64,000 nt of DNA from the NCBI RefSeq assembly GCF_000181795.1, contig NW_003526944.1, positions 3,003,584 to 3,067,583 on the forward strand, written 5' to 3'. Below the pieces are notes generated by a model. It worked only from the letters and a program-made list of their open reading frames with translations, was not told the origin of the DNA and did not search any database. The DNA is from Trichinella spiralis (Eukaryota). Below, piece by piece: positions 47,901 through 62,307 of the stretch (position 1 is the stretch's first letter; every line of letters starts with the position of its first letter). A program made the position numbers and the translations under genes.

Positions 47901-50900
47901 TTGCACCTCCCTCATTGACGTTTGTGGGTTTTGCTTAACGAGCAGTAGCAGACGTGGTGCATCGAGCCTGATCTTGGCGGCTGTTTGATGCTGATTGCTG
48001 GTGTCGTCATCTTCAACATCATCGTCCATCCATCTTTTCCCCCTTCATCATTGAAAGCAGGAAAGCAGACTGGTGGTGCGGGAGAAGTTGGTTGTTGTGG
48101 AGCGGTTGGGCGCTTGCCGGTGGGATTGGAAGAATCAATTCTCTCTCCACACACACACAGGTTGGTTTTTATCAATGGACAAGCGTCACGTTGTGTGATG
48201 CGACGAAACGATGGCTTTACGCAAGTGACTAACTGAGAACAGAGTTGGAGTCTGTGCTTTTTTATTCTTTCTACTTTATCATCGTCATCGTCATCGTCGT
48301 CATCATCATCATTTACTTTTCTTCCTCGCTTTCTTCCACTTCCAAGAGAAACGGGAAAGAAAGAATAGTTGTCTACTGGCGACGTCAAGTCGTCGCTCTT
48401 GACCACCACCAACATTGGCTTTTTGTGTTCTTTTCACTTTTTGGCAATAATTTCCATTTTTTCTGTTATGTTTGAACGACGGTTTGGTTAAATTTGCAGC
48501 TTTGGTCTACACGAAGCTGATTGTCGGCCGGAAACTTTCACCTTGTCTGGACAGTGGCGCTGTGCGGACCAGCGGCCATCGAATCTCATTAGACAGTCCC
48601 GTCGAAAACCGCTTGCCCCAAGCGGCGGTGGTCGACGGATATTTGCATCATTTTCCACAACAGCAGCATAATCAGCGACAACAGCAACAGCAACAACAAC
48701 ATCCTCATCAGAAATATCAGCAGCAGCAGCAGCAGCATCATCATCATCATCATCATTTACAGCAACCTTTACGACGAAGGCGGCGTCTTGGGTGGGAGGT
48801 TTACGGGCACCCTTTGCTTAAAGAATTGCAAAGCTTTGCTGATACTTTGCGTGATTTGGATGGCTCTACCGTGTCGGTCCAGCGTCGAGCTGGACCTTCG
48901 CCGCCGATGCCGCTGAACGCTGCTGCCAACGCCACTGTCCAGCATGCTCCCATTCCACCCCCGCGGCGCCGTCGCCGCACAATTGCCGTCGTGCCTGTTT
49001 CTCTGTCTCGCAGTGATCCGAGCTTGTACGTTGTTGATTTCCCAGTCCAAGCTTCTTCTGGTGAAGCTGTTGACAACGGTGGTAAAGGTGCCGAAGAGGT
49101 CGCCGGTGCCGAGGTGGCGCTCAGCGCAATGCTCGATCGGTTTGCTATTTTTGAGCCGGCATCCGGTGTGGTGCAGCAATTGCAGCCGACGACAAGCTTA
49201 CAAAAGAAGGACAGTAAAGGTGGTGGGAAAAATGTCTATTACCAATATCCCTGCCCGTTCAGTCGACCGAACATTCTGGCCGAGGCTGTTGACGTTGTAC
49301 CTCCTCCCCCGCCTCCGCCGCCTAGCACTGACGGCGTTGCGACGCTTGTTGCAGCAGCTGCGCCAGAGCAAGAGGTAAAAGCACCTTTGCTGCCGGTTGC
49401 TTCTGCGCTTTCAAATCAGCAGCAGCAGCAGCAGCAACAACAACAGCAATCTTCTCCTCCAGTCGTTGAGCAGGACGTAAACGATCGACCGTTGTTGGTA
49501 CGGCACGCAATTATCATTATCATTATCATTATTGCTATTAGTAATAGTATTTACACTTGGCTTACCTGTTTTGTTTATTGCACGTTTGCTCGTCCATTGC
49601 AAGTCCATTTAAAAAAGAAAACTTTTAATAGCTTCAATCAGTATTTGAAACTTTCTGAATTGTTGCTGCTAATTGAGAGGGTGACTATTGTTCGAGTCTT
49701 TTTTCTCTTTAGAAAAAACATTTTGAATATCTCGAAGTGAGCTCGAAGTTATTTGTTAATAGTTTACTTTTTTACATGAACAAATATTAGACATTACACA
49801 TTGGGCAGAAGAGAAGGTTTAGCAAGGTAATTTTAGAAAGGCAGATGTTGTGTTTCTATTGAACGGAGTATATGATTCAGCAGTATTTGCGAGCAGTATA
49901 GCATTCATGAAACCGACTGAAATTTGATTTGATCGAAAAATACGTCTTACCAATTTCATCACAATGGCAGCTGAGTTTAAATTAATTCTAAATTTAATTT
50001 TAATTTTAATTAATTCTTTAATTTTCAATCATTGGTCGGGTTAAATGGATTTGAACTGCGTACATTTAGAGATGTTGAATTTATTCCATATTGTAATATT
50101 TCATCTGTTGATCGATTTGACAAGCATGTTTGTGATGTAGACAAATTATTACGCTGCCGTTTCTTTTTTTTCTCTTTTTTTATAATAATTTCAGTTAAAA
50201 AATAAACAGTATCGATATTGTAAAAAGTTCTTCTGCTGAGGTTCTTGTTGCTTGGAACGTTGCTGATGGGTGCATGTATGACAAAGTCAAATCAAATTGT
50301 CCATCTTTATCTTTGTATAATTTGGGATGTTTTTTCAACTTCTTGAAAGCAAGATTTGAGCATTTATTTGCAAAGTTAGCTGAATTGTCTATTCTTTACT
50401 TTGAATGTAGCGTTACTTGCAGAGATGAAAAAAAGAGCTAATTAAGATTAACAATCTATTGTTTGTTAATGTTCTTAGCAAGATATAATTGGTTTTCGTA
50501 GATTTGGTATTCGTTCCCAGTTGGTCGGTTTTGATAAATAAAAACGTTAAAAATAGAACTTTATTGCAATTAATATTAATTTATACCTAATACGATACAT
50601 TGATATTGCTGTATTTGAGTCGATGAGTTATGTTTACTATAATCATTTTGATATTATTGCATTTCATTATTTGTTATTTATTGCATTATGAAGCTTTTTT
50701 GTTTTGTTTTGTTTTCTGAACAATTGAATTATGATTTGAACGTTTATGCATGTGCTTGTTGTTAATGCGTTAAATGCTAGCAGATGATGAAAGTTTGAAG
50801 ATATATTTTCTCTAAAATGTCTGATACGTATGTACATTGTGTTGTTGCACAATGCAGTTGCAGATAAATAAGCTTGTTTTGTTTTGATTTTTGTTGTTGT

Positions 50901-53101
50901 TGAGACAAATTGTGAACTACCAGAATATGCGATGCACACGTCCACAGGATGTTGAATTGTCATCATAACCGAAATACTGCGATCTTGGCTTTCGGTAATT
51001 TCCTTTTTTTGGGGGCAAAGTTCTTGTTTAGTGCATTTGAAGCATACAGAAAAAAAAGTTGCAATGCGTTTTTGTTTTTCTGCTCTTTAACTGCTGCTGA
51101 TTGCATAAGAATGGCCAGAGTGTTTCTTTTTGATTTTTTTGCGGAGATCGCTCATTTTGGGAAATCATTGATACGAGATGTCATGACGCTTATCACATTG
51201 TTCAGAGATCTGAAAGCAGGCGAAGCAGCGATGATGGACTGATTCGAGATGACAAGCATGGTCATTTGATCTACAACATTGGCGACATCATTCAGTCTAG
51301 ATGTACATATATTAATAATGCATTCATTTAGTGATGTTTCGCCCATACGTTTGTAAAAGTGAAATTAATGATTTTTTGTGACATGAGATTATTTTTCTTT
51401 TTAGATGAAGTGATTAAAACCCTTGGCGAAGGTACGTTTGGTAGGGTGGTCCAGGTTCGTGATCACGAGAATGAACAAAGTGAGCCGTTGGCTTTGAAAA
51501 TTATTAAAAATGTCGACAAATACCGCGAAGCCGCCAAGCTTGAAGTCAACGTTTTGAAGAAGTTAATGGAAAAGGATCCCGCAGGCAATTTGTGAGTTAC
51601 TTTATTTTCTTTCATTATTTTTTTAATTTTCATTTTATAACTTGTTCACTTGTTCCGATTTTATTTCATATTATTATGGAAAATTTTTGCTTATTTTTAG
51701 TCTTTGCATTCATTTGGTCCATCATTTCAACTATTTCGGGCACATGTGTCTGGTTTTCCCTATGATGGGATTGAGCGTTTTTGATTTTCTGAAGGCAAAT
51801 AATTATTATCCATATCCGATGCATCAAGTTCGACACATCGCTTATCAGCTTTGCTACGCAGTCAACTGTAAGACACTGAAAATTGAATATTTGCACACAG
51901 CTTTTGCAAATTTACATTAATTAATGAATTTGTTATTTGTACATTTAGTTATGCATCAGAATCACTTAACGCACACAGATTTGAAGCCGGAAAATTTGCT
52001 ATTTGTCCATCCGGAATATGACATCAAAATTGACATGAAAAGAGTATGTGATTGTTTACTTCTGCTTTTTGTTGTTTGCTTTTCGAATAAACTTTGTTCT
52101 TTGTAGAATAAAGAATATCGTATTATTCGGGATACGAGCGTTCGAGTGATTGATTTTGGTTCTGCTACATTCGACCATGAGCATCACAGTACAATTGTTT
52201 CTACTCGACATTACCGCGCTCCTGAAGTTATTCTCGGTTAGTACAAAACGCGCACGTTGTTTGGGATCGGTATGTGGCTTGAAAGTTTACTGGAATATTT
52301 TGTTTGTTTCAGAGCTGGGCTGGTCACATCCTTGTGATGTGTGGAGCATTGGTTGTATTATTTTCGAACTTCTTCTTGGAACAACTCTTTTTCAGGTGCG
52401 CGGCTTCTTTAGAAAATGCAGATCGAAATTATGCTTACAAATGCGTTTCTTTTTTTTCTTTTGTAGACTCATGAAAATCTGGAACATTTAGCTATGATGG
52501 AGCGGATACTTGGGCCACTGCCGTATAGAATGTGCAGAAAGACGAAGTATGTTCAGTTGTTGTGTTTTGTTTTTTAGCGTCAGCAGAAAAATGACATTTC
52601 AGGACACGTTATTTTTATCACGGGCGTTTAGACTGGGACATAAGACATCCTTCTGGACGGTATGTTCGCGATAATTGCAAGCCTCTCAGTGTAAGAAGCG
52701 GTTTTGCTGAGCGCAAAATTGGCTTTTCTTGTTATTCAAAAAGAGTGTAGTAATATTTTAAATTGGACGGATGTTTAGCGTTATTTGTTGGCTGGTGACG
52801 TAGAACACGAAGAAATTTTTGACATCGTGTCATGCATGCTGGAATACGAGCCATCGCAGCGAATCAAACTAGCGGACTCGCTTGAACATCGATTTTTCCA
52901 TCGTCTTCCTGAAAATCAAAAGTTTGTTTTTGAAATGTGATAACAAAAGAAAAAAGCATGCTGAATTTCGTTGCATATTGCAGGTTGCACAAAAGCAGCA
53001 GTAGCAGAAATCAAACGGTCTCTGATTTCTCCGGATCTTTGAAAGGTTGCTGCTCCACGTCAAGTCTGCTTTCAGAAGAATTCAGCTCGGTTGCTGATTG
53101 A
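44949..53101 (+). CDS. madd-3: CLK/LAMMER dual-specificity kinase (Doa/MADD-3-like) with RS-rich N-terminus
   Basis: Exons 44949-45118, 46333-46708 (RS-rich) and 51206-51302 ([20 protein letters not shown]), then kinase exons from 51405: [65 protein letters not shown] and the signature [11 protein letters not shown]. The last exon probably runs 52984-53101, or the frame stops at ~52940 if that intron is retained. Confidence 0.92.
48501..49497 (+). CDS. Probable alternative N-terminal exon (Q/H/P-rich, low complexity) of the LAMMER kinase
   Basis: About 1 kb GC-rich stop-free frame inside the kinase intron, bounded by acceptor tttgcag (48500) and donor TTG|gtacgg (49497/49498). The donor is phase 0 and compatible with the shared exon at 51206. 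The upstream start exon is not resolved. Confidence 0.6.
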
Positions 53102-54716
53102 AATTTGCATATCAAATTCGATTTCCTTCGAAACTTTATCAGAAAAAGAAGTTATTTGTTTGGACATGAATTGGCAACTGTGAATTTACAGTTCCCCTTT
53201 GACCGGCAAATGTTCTGCTATTCTGCTCAAGTTATTTAATTCTAATTAATTAACAATGAACGGATTAATTGTACATGCATCAACACACGTTCAGTGGTGC
53301 ACCAGTGAAAATAAATTCTTTTCACCGCTAGAATTCGCATATGACAAACAGTTGAAAAACTGAACAGTTTTTTATCCTGAAAATTCACATAATTTTCTTC
53401 TTCATGTTATAAAAAAAACAAAAATATTGTAATGAAATAAACAAGTGGAAATGTGTTTCGATGGGCATTTAATAAGCACACAATTAATTAGCTTAAACAA
53501 CAATAGGTGAAGACAAGCACCCAACTGTCGGTGAAGGAACAAGTGGTCGTTTTTTCATCGGCGATATCAAATTTTTTTACAGAATTCAATTTCAACAACC
53601 AGGATAGACGCTTCTGAGAAAATCAAAAAAAACTTATTCACCTCTGTTTTCAACGCAAGCTTTTTGCTGCTTCGATTTATAAATGGAATGGGAGAAATTT
53701 TTAAAAACATTACAACACTGAAAAAAAACTGTTCGAATGATTCTATCTAAAAATTGACATTTACAAAATATTGGCAACTGGTCGTTGGCAAAAAGCCTTA
53801 AACGACGATCTTTTTCAAAATACAGACTACAATATTGATGGTCAAGTATTAAAATTTTAAATTTACATTGTTCAACTGCCTGAAATGGATGTGTAAATAT
53901 GCCAATATATATGCTTCATTAAATTTTGGCAAGTTATAAAAATAAATTTACACAAGACAATTCAAAATTTGTTTGTTAAATAATATGCAGTAAATTGTTG
54001 GCATTCATCGCATGGAAATATAGCCATTTGTTGTAAATAAAGTCAGGTTCAATTGTTTTTCAATCGTTTGCCGCTGGAACAAGAACTGGTTATGTGGAAT
54101 AATCTTTGTCACTTGCCAAATTTATGGTTGACACAAGGTAAAACTTTCGTTGCAAACAAAACGCAACAAGCAACCAACAAAAGCAACGCTTTATTTACCA
54201 TTTGCACAATGTTTGAAGCTTTTGAGAAATTTTTACACTACAGTCGTCATATTTTGATGCGCTAAAATTAGTGGTCGAAATCTCTATCGCCTGGCATTTT
54301 GATCGACTCATACTCCAATATATTGCTCGTGATGTGATTTTACATAAAAAAACAGCTCTGCGCTTTGTTTATTATTATTTTATTTCGTTAACACACGTGC
54401 AAACTTTGGGTAAATAATGACAAGGGAAGATTGCTCAGATTTGAAGTAGAACAAAAAATCAGAATTGACCAATCAGATTGCGCATTAAGTGCGTGAATTC
54501 TTTCACCGTCTAGCCTTTCTCTGATCACTTTTATTATTCGTATATTAAATGATGTTAATTTTCTATTTTTACATTAAATTAAATGCTAAAATTAATTATT
54601 ACAAAGTTTTTTATAATATTGGTTTGACCTGCTGTATACAGAAAGTGATCTTTATTTTCTTTAAATACAGTAATAATGAATAGCAGTGAATAAGTATGTT
54701 ATGAATTATTTTGAAA

Positions 54717-57700
54717 ATGAGTGAATTCGTCCAGTTGCATCTTGAAGAGTTTCTACCAGTTTTTGAACATCTTGAACATCTTCACATTTTTAATAAAAAT
54801 GAGATAAGGTTGTATTAATTAATTTAAAATGTTCTAAAAATCTAAGTCTTCTTTTCTAGAAGGGTCATCAAAAAGCTTAAATATTACGAATATAAGCAGC
54901 AGAAGCGTAACAAGACGAAGGAGGATTTATTAAATTTAATAAAAGTATTTACATTATTTTATAATTTTTGAATTGTTTTAACCAAAAATGTTTAGTATCT
55001 ATGTTCATTCTACTTGTTAATCCGAGAACGCAGATCTGTGATAAAAGTATTTTCGAATAAAGAGGAAATTGAATTTATTCTTGCTGGAAGAATTGATAAT
55101 TTATATAGGGTAACATTTTATTGCATCTTCCTTTTTATTTGCTTTATTATTCATTTGTTTTATTGTTAAGGTAGCCTGCCGTCGTCATCCTGATGATGAA
55201 AATATATGGCTTGCACGAATTCAGTTTGCTGAAAAGAGAGTAAATTTTGTTTTATTTTATACTTTTCCGGAATATGAATTTTTACTTTTAGAAAATGTTT
55301 CATTCTGTTAGCAAATTATATCTTCATATGCTTCAACTACATACCAGGAAACCGAGTAAGTTATTAATTAACTGTGATTGTCGGAAAAAATTGAATATGA
55401 TTTTTCAGTAGTTTTCATGATTTTGCAAATTAATTGAAATTAAAATATTTATTTTGTCCATTTTCGTAATAATGGAACATATATTTTTCAGATCTTTGGC
55501 TGTTAGCAGCAAAATGGGAATTTGAAAAAAATGGCAGTTGTGAAAATGCTCGTTTGCTTTTACAACGAGCTATTCGTTTCAATGAGAAAAGCAAGAAAAT
55601 TTGGATTGAAGTATTTTAAGCTTAAAGCTGTTTAATTTTTGCTTAAAATAATAAAAAAGTTTGTTTTTTAGTATTTTCGATTTGAATTATTGTATATTGA
55701 AAAGGTAATTATTTGAAAATGTGCATTGTATCTGTTCGTTTGAATTTGTATCTTTTATTTAGCTATATCAACGGTTTTTGCTAATTAGAAGTTCGGGAAA
55801 TGGTGAAAAAGATATTGTAAGTTTGATTTTTGTGTAGTGTTTTTGAAATAAAAGCTTATTAAAAGTTAAGAATTAAGATGTTTTTTTCATTAATTTTGCA
55901 GATGAATTGACGTAATAATGTTACATTGAATTTTGAAATATTTTAATGTTGGTTTTTTTTAATCAGATGTATTTTGTTTGATAATTTACAGTTGTGGTAT
56001 TTGTATTTTTGAAATTTTTAGGAAGAAGAGTTTAACTTTAATCGATATTTGAAACTTCCAGAGATCATTTTTCTCAACGCAGCAAAAGCTATTCCAAGTA
56101 ATGAAAATTATTTAATTAACAGTAAAGCAAATCATAGGATAATTTTAGATGATTTAAAGCTTTTTCAGCAATTTTTGAATATTGCTGGAATGTTTCCGTT
56201 TTCTGAAGAGCTGAAAGAAACAATCATGAAATTGTAAGTTTGAGCGTTTGTTTGTTCCTTCTGTAGACAGAGTTTTATTTGAGGTGATTACTGTAGTTGC
56301 GTATTTTTGAAAATTATTCCTTTTAAATTCAAATAGACATATGATTTTTTTCAGATAAATCCATTTATTTTGAATTTTCTCTCTGAAAATAACCTTTATC
56401 TTTTAGTCTTGAAGCGAATTTCGATGATGAAGAGTTCACTGATTGGCATATAAGGAGAAAATATGAGCAGAGTTTGGATTTGGATGGTTTAATAATTGAA
56501 AATGACAGCGCGCATGTAATTTTCAATAACTGCATTCAATTATATGAAGAGGAAATTCAGAAGAAGCGAAATGGTAAGAATGATTTGTAATGAAAATTAG
56601 CTACTCATTAAAAAGAATTTTTTAGAAAAAATATGGAAATTGTACATCAATTTCTGCAGAGATATATTTCACAGTACACCGTCAAGAGAGCGATTGAAAG
56701 TTGAAGTAATTTTCCGATGATAAATTTGATTATGATTAGTAATTTTGATATTGTAAACATCAGAGCTACAAGCGAATGTTTGTTGGTTACGCAGTATGCT
56801 GTCGACTGTTTCCTGAAAACTTTAATTTTATTTTAGAATGGGTAAGATAATGGAATTTTGATTTCGATTTTGAAAATTTCAACGTGAAATTTAATTATCC
56901 ATAATAGGCTTGCGTTTGTCCAAATTTGAAATGCAAGATAGATGTTTTAAAATTTGCCATTTCTAAACATCCTCAAAAGGTAGAGTTCTGGTTGCTTCTG
57001 TTTCGTATTATGGACAAGATGAAATTGTCAAAGGAAGAAACTATAGCATTACTGAAACGAGCTGTGAATTCAGTTGCAGAAAAGGTAGTTTCTTTGTTTG
57101 AAATGTTTTGTGAAGGAAATTACAATTTTTTTGTTTGCAGGATGCGTTTCCAATATGGAAAACAGTAATCAACTGGTATTCATGTAATGCTCCGTCAAAG
57201 TTGGAAGAACAATTGGAAGTAAAATGGAAGATGATGAATAACTGAATTATCATTTTGCATTGTGAAAATTTGCATTTTTAGTCTGCATTGTTATCTACGT
57301 CGATTGTATCGAATTATGCAAAATTAGTATATTTAAAGAATGCTAGTCAGTCTGTTGAAGTGGATGCTTTGGGGAACATTCGTAAATTGTTCAACAGGTG
57401 AAAATTATTATTTTATTTTTTCAGATTGAACTTATTAAATTTTCAGACTGCGTTTGATTGCTCCGAATGAATTGAAATTTTATCGTTTTTACATAAATAT
57501 TGAACTATCCCAGGTAAAATGACGAGAACGAATAATTAATTGCAATTGTTGTATTTTTCTTTGAATATATTGTGCAATTATTATATTCCTTGCAGAATGT
57601 GAAATCCACTAAGCATATTCGTAGTGCGTACGAATTTGCATTGCTCGAACATGGGAAAGATTGCTTGAAAATTTGGTTGGAATATATGCAATTCGAATCC

Positions 57701-57835
57701 GACTGTACAGAAGGTGATCCGTGTCGTTGCAGCAGAATTTATTCCCAGGCGTTGAAAAATCTTCGTCCAGATTTGGTGAAACAATTTGTAGAAAGTTATA
57801 CGTTACTTGTAGCCAATGGTGCCAGTTTAAACTGA
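54717..57835 (+). CDS. UTP6: U3 snoRNA-associated protein 6 homolog (HAT repeats), many short exons
   Basis: The N-terminus MSEFVQLHLEEFLPVFEHLEHLHIFNKNEIRRVIKKLKYYEYK matches the Utp6 N-domain. HAT repeats follow: DLWLLAAKWEFEKNGSCENARLLLQRAIRFN...KIWIEYFRFELLY, and C-terminal IRSAYEFALLEHG...IWLEYMQFE...IYSQALKNL. Confidence 0.88.
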
Positions 57836-58677
57836 AAAAATTGTTGTTCATTGGGAACTGCTATTTTTCATATATTTTGTTTTTATTGTTCAAGTTGAGC
57901 AATTAACGAACATCAAGCAATTTGTTGCTATTCATCAACGTTTGGTAAGCTCAAATATCTGAATTACGTGTATATAATATTATTATGTGCGTGAAAATAA
58001 TAAAAATTTCTCGTAAAAAATAATTTTTTCACAAACAAGAAAGAAATTATTTGCTGGCGTCGGTGATTTGAAGATTTATGATTAATGATATTAATTTAGT
58101 GAATGCCAAATTGTTGAAGCTTCGGCCGCTTGTGCGGTTCATTTGTCATCGTTTCATTTGCCCGCTTGTGGTTAATTTGTCTATATCTTCTGCTTCTTCT
58201 GCTTATTATTATTCTTCTTTTGCATTGTGTGAAAGAGGAAGCTATTTTACATTTGGCAATTTTCTTGTTTCACAAATAACAGTTTTATTTTTTAATATTA
58301 ACATTTTTAATAAGCATATTTGGTTCAAACAAAGGTTTTACTCATTTTATTTTCAAGAACGCCGAATTTTGGCACTTTTACGCTCGCAAGTAATAAGAAT
58401 CTGCATTTTATTTACTTGTTGTTAATTACTTATTATTTCAGATTGAATATTCAAATTTGAAAAGTTCATTTGGGTCATAACGTTAGCTTCTCTATACTGA
58501 TTGATTGGTTTTTTCCCCATGAATCATATTTCCAGCATGGCTGCACACTACGCATATATTTAACGCTCTGATTTTGGTTGGCATATATATATTTATATAA
58601 TTCAAGCTACGTTTCCTGCCTGCTTCATATTATTATTATTATTTTCCGAAGGTGGAAAGAAATATTATCCATAAAAT

Positions 58678-60579
58678 ATGCAAATTGTTGAAAATGTATG
58701 TTCGCATTTCGACAGTCCAAGTGCGGAAAATTTTTTCCAAGGTAACTTTACCACGTTCAGATTATTCATTTCATATCCTACTCCTACGTTAACAGTTTTT
58801 TTATTTAATTTGCTTTCTGAAAAATATTTCAAGCAATATGCGGTGGAAATTAATTTCCAAAGTGTAATATTATAATTATTGTTGTTGTTATTTGTTTTCT
58901 TAAATTGATTGATCACTTTTGAAATTTTTTCCCAAATCCGAGTGATGAGCAGCAGTTGGTGTCGAACTTATGAAGCAAATATTGAATTAACTTATTGGAA
59001 TAATTTTTAATTTCAGCAATCGACAGAACATCGATGATGCTAATCTTGTTGACGTTTCTTGCCAGTGCGTTTATTGTCATTTGTTTTGCAATCAGTTTGC
59101 ACTTCATCATCAAATACGTCTCGTCGATTGAACAACGCTGGCGAATGATTTGGCTTCTCCAAATATTTCTGGTAAAATTAATTTTTTGGGATAATGCAAA
59201 ATAAAACTGTTTTTTATCTAATAACTTAATTTTTTCGGGGGTTTTTGCTTTGAAAATGAATATTGTTGCAGGCAATCAGTGTTTGCAGTTGCGTCGGCAT
59301 GTGCGTACCGAGAGCCATAGCAGTTTGTGAAATTATGATGCTCTTGTAAATTTGCAAAAACATTTTTTTTTCATAATTTGAGAAAAATCATATTTTTTCA
59401 GCTCTTTTTCCCAGTGTTTGTTCAAATATGTACGTTTTATTGTTGGCTGTTTCGACGGTGAAGAGAATATGACATTCAGATTGGAAGGCGACTACATCAA
59501 TTACCGTGAACCTGAGTTGTGTTGCATCTGCTGTCCATGTTTGCCTGTGAAAGTGATCACAAAGTATGTTGTTTAGTTTATTTTAATTTTTTGAAATCAA
59601 ATTATCATTTTTCATCAGAGATCGAATTCGAGCAATACGTTGGTTGATTTATCAAAACGCAATTCTACTTCCGATTTCTTATATTTTGGCTTTGTTGGTG
59701 AAATTGGACAAATTCGACGAAGTCACCAATATTTCGGCAAGATTTTTTGAAAATACTTTTGTGCAGTGAAAATTATGAAATTTATGTTTTTCCTTAGATT
59801 TCAGTTTCATATCCAATAATTATTACTGTTACGACAGTTTCCGCTTTGGTGGCAGCGTATGGGACCATTTTGCTCAGTAAAATTAGCTTGCTGCTGTTGA
59901 AAGATTACTGTTTGACGGCATTGAAAGTGAACATTCAATTGTTGATCTTTTTTTTCAACTTTCAAATGCCATTGTTTCGCCTGCTCACTGTTGGAACAAT
60001 AACTTGCAACGGCATTATTCCCGCTTACGACCGTTCATTCAGTAATTTTCCACTCTCAAATAATACAATACCACGTTATTATATATGTAAAAATATAATT
60101 GAACCTGATTTTCATTTTAATATACTTTTTTTACATGCAATAGATTAATTTTATTTCTGGTCAATTAATCCTCAATAGAGCATGCATTGTTCTGCATCAT
60201 ATAGGTGAATGGTTATTTTGTTGAATATGATGAGTTTCATTTTCTGCGAAATATAAATTACAAAACAGTGTGTAACAGGTTAAAAAAATGAAATTTATCA
60301 TAACATCTATGTTTAATAATTGGAAAATTTGTTTCTTTTTTCTTACTTTTTTGTTTAGTGTGGAGTCAAGTTTTGCTGGTCACGGAATGCCTTGTGCTGA
60401 GCTACGTGCTGTGTTGGTTTCTCAGACCTTGTGTTAACAAAGCGTTCGATCTGTATCCGGTGCATTTGCCCAAACGATTGCCCGTATACGTGGACGTGAC
60501 AACAAGCATCGACGATGGCATAATGCTAGAGCTGAGCAAAAAATCTAACCAATCCAAAGTGCCACACAACGCGTTATAA
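58678..60579 (+). CDS. Organic solute transporter alpha-like (OST-alpha/SLC51A, osta family) 7-TM protein, 7 exons
   Basis: Phase-compatible exons from ATG 58678 give ISVCSCVGMCVPRAIAVCE, the Cys cluster ELCCICCPCLP (OST-alpha PCCCCCPC-like), LIYQNAIL, VSALVAAYG, QLLIFFFNFQMPLF, ITCNGIIPAYDRS and QVLLVTECLVL. These are collinear with OST-alpha. Stop at 60577-60579. Confidence 0.85.
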
Positions 60580-62307
60580 AAGTATTGTTGCATTTTTCTT
60601 TTTTTTTCTTAAATCAAATTACCTATTACTGAAAAGCAGTACTGTAAGCGTACTTGGAAATTTTCAATCACAAGAGTTGTATTAATTAAGCACATATAAT
60701 ACAATAGTAAACTTATAAGATTTGTTATTTTTTTGTTCAAATTAACCGTGCAGGTATTATGTTGAATGACGACGATGTTGATAAAATTAATCGATGCTGG
60801 TGATGAAAATTATTGGTGATGTTCTGGGAAATGGGAAGTTTTATGCATTGTTTCAAATGTATACGCATAACTTTGTAAAATTATAAGTATTATTATTATT
60901 GTTTTTAACACTGAATTGAATACGGTTTCGTGCAAATTGAGGTTATGCAGTGATGATTGTTCACAATGCATTGTGCATTCATTGAAAAAGTGGGCTATTA
61001 TCAACGTAAAGAGTATCGTAAAAATTTATATAACCTGCAGAATTATTCTACGATCCAATAAACACTTTCATGATTCTGAATTCAACAGACTGCACTCACT
61101 GTTATTGATTAATAATTTTTTTGATTGCTTTTTATATATTGTCTGCATTTTTTGCGCGAAATAGGTTGTGGCAGTTGTAGGATTTGAAATTTCGCATTCA
61201 AGCTGAGAGCTTTGACTTCAGCTCAAAAACTGCTGTGAAATTACCATTCATTTGTTTGACGCTTTATTCTTGAAAGTTCTCTAAATTTGAAATTCAAGAA
61301 AAATCGTTTTAACAAAATAACGTTTTTATTATGGTTCTTTTGTGGAAAATTCTTTTCATTCAAGTACACTTTAAACGCACAAGCATGGCGAACTGGTTTA
61401 ATATTTCAAAAATTAAGAGTATAAAAATTAGCATAAAAAAGATTTGCATTTTGCATTGTGCGAAAATAAGCCAAGAGATGTTGCCATCTTTTTTTAGAGC
61501 AGACTCTTTTGCGTATTCAGTATTGATTCATACAAAGCAGGGCATTTATGAAACATTATAAACGTTTATTTAATTTGCAATTTTCAGCAAAGCTCTGTTT
61601 GATTAAATTATAAGAGGAATTTTTTTTTCTTTTTCGAAATTACGAATGATACTAGAATAGTATCCAATAATTTTTGAAAGTGTTAATTCGTTGATATTCT
61701 CATTCATTTTTTTTGATTGACTTATTATATTCACTTGTTTATTTTGAATGTTTTTAAAGAATTTTAATAAATTCAGTAATTTTAATAATTAATTTAAAAT
61801 TAGGTATATTCTTTGTATTGATTGCTTTTTTCTTGAAATGAAAAATGCAACAACTATGAAGCAGTGGGAAGGAGGCTTTAAAAAGAAAGAAAAAACAAAT
61901 TGAATAGATGTTTCTTTATTTTCATATTAAATGAATGATTTTTACGATTATTTTACCCGATGAAGTGGAAGTGGGATTTTTTTTTAATTTTTCCTTTTTG
62001 AATAGCAACAGTCAACAAAACGGATGTAGGTTAATGCCGGCATTAGGGAGTATGTACTTTTGTGGGCAACTTATGGTTTCAGATCAGCATTATTCACTGG
62101 TGGGAATTTTATAAACTAAATGGAAATGGGTTGATTGCAAGGAGGAAAAAAATCTGACTGTGACACGCCTGCATTTAAAATACCACAAGGAGGGCCAGTT
62201 GGTCTGCATTTTGGCAACCCACTGACCTCTAGCAATAATTGCCAAACTTCTTGTATATATTTGCATCGCTTCTGCTCTTTCTCAACAGTCCAGTAGACGG
62301 TCCTACC

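Noticed and set aside
47667..48415. Minus-strand ORFs of 120 and 167 aa inside the LAMMER kinase intron
   Set aside because: Low complexity (poly-Asp from a TCA/TCG repeat), no recognisable domain or coherent splice pattern. Better explained by the GC-rich 5' region of the plus-strand alternative isoform.
62032..62045. Perfect 14-bp palindrome TAATGCCGGCATTA upstream of the collagen
   Set aside because: A single short palindrome is not unexpected in 64 kb, and nothing else supports a function.
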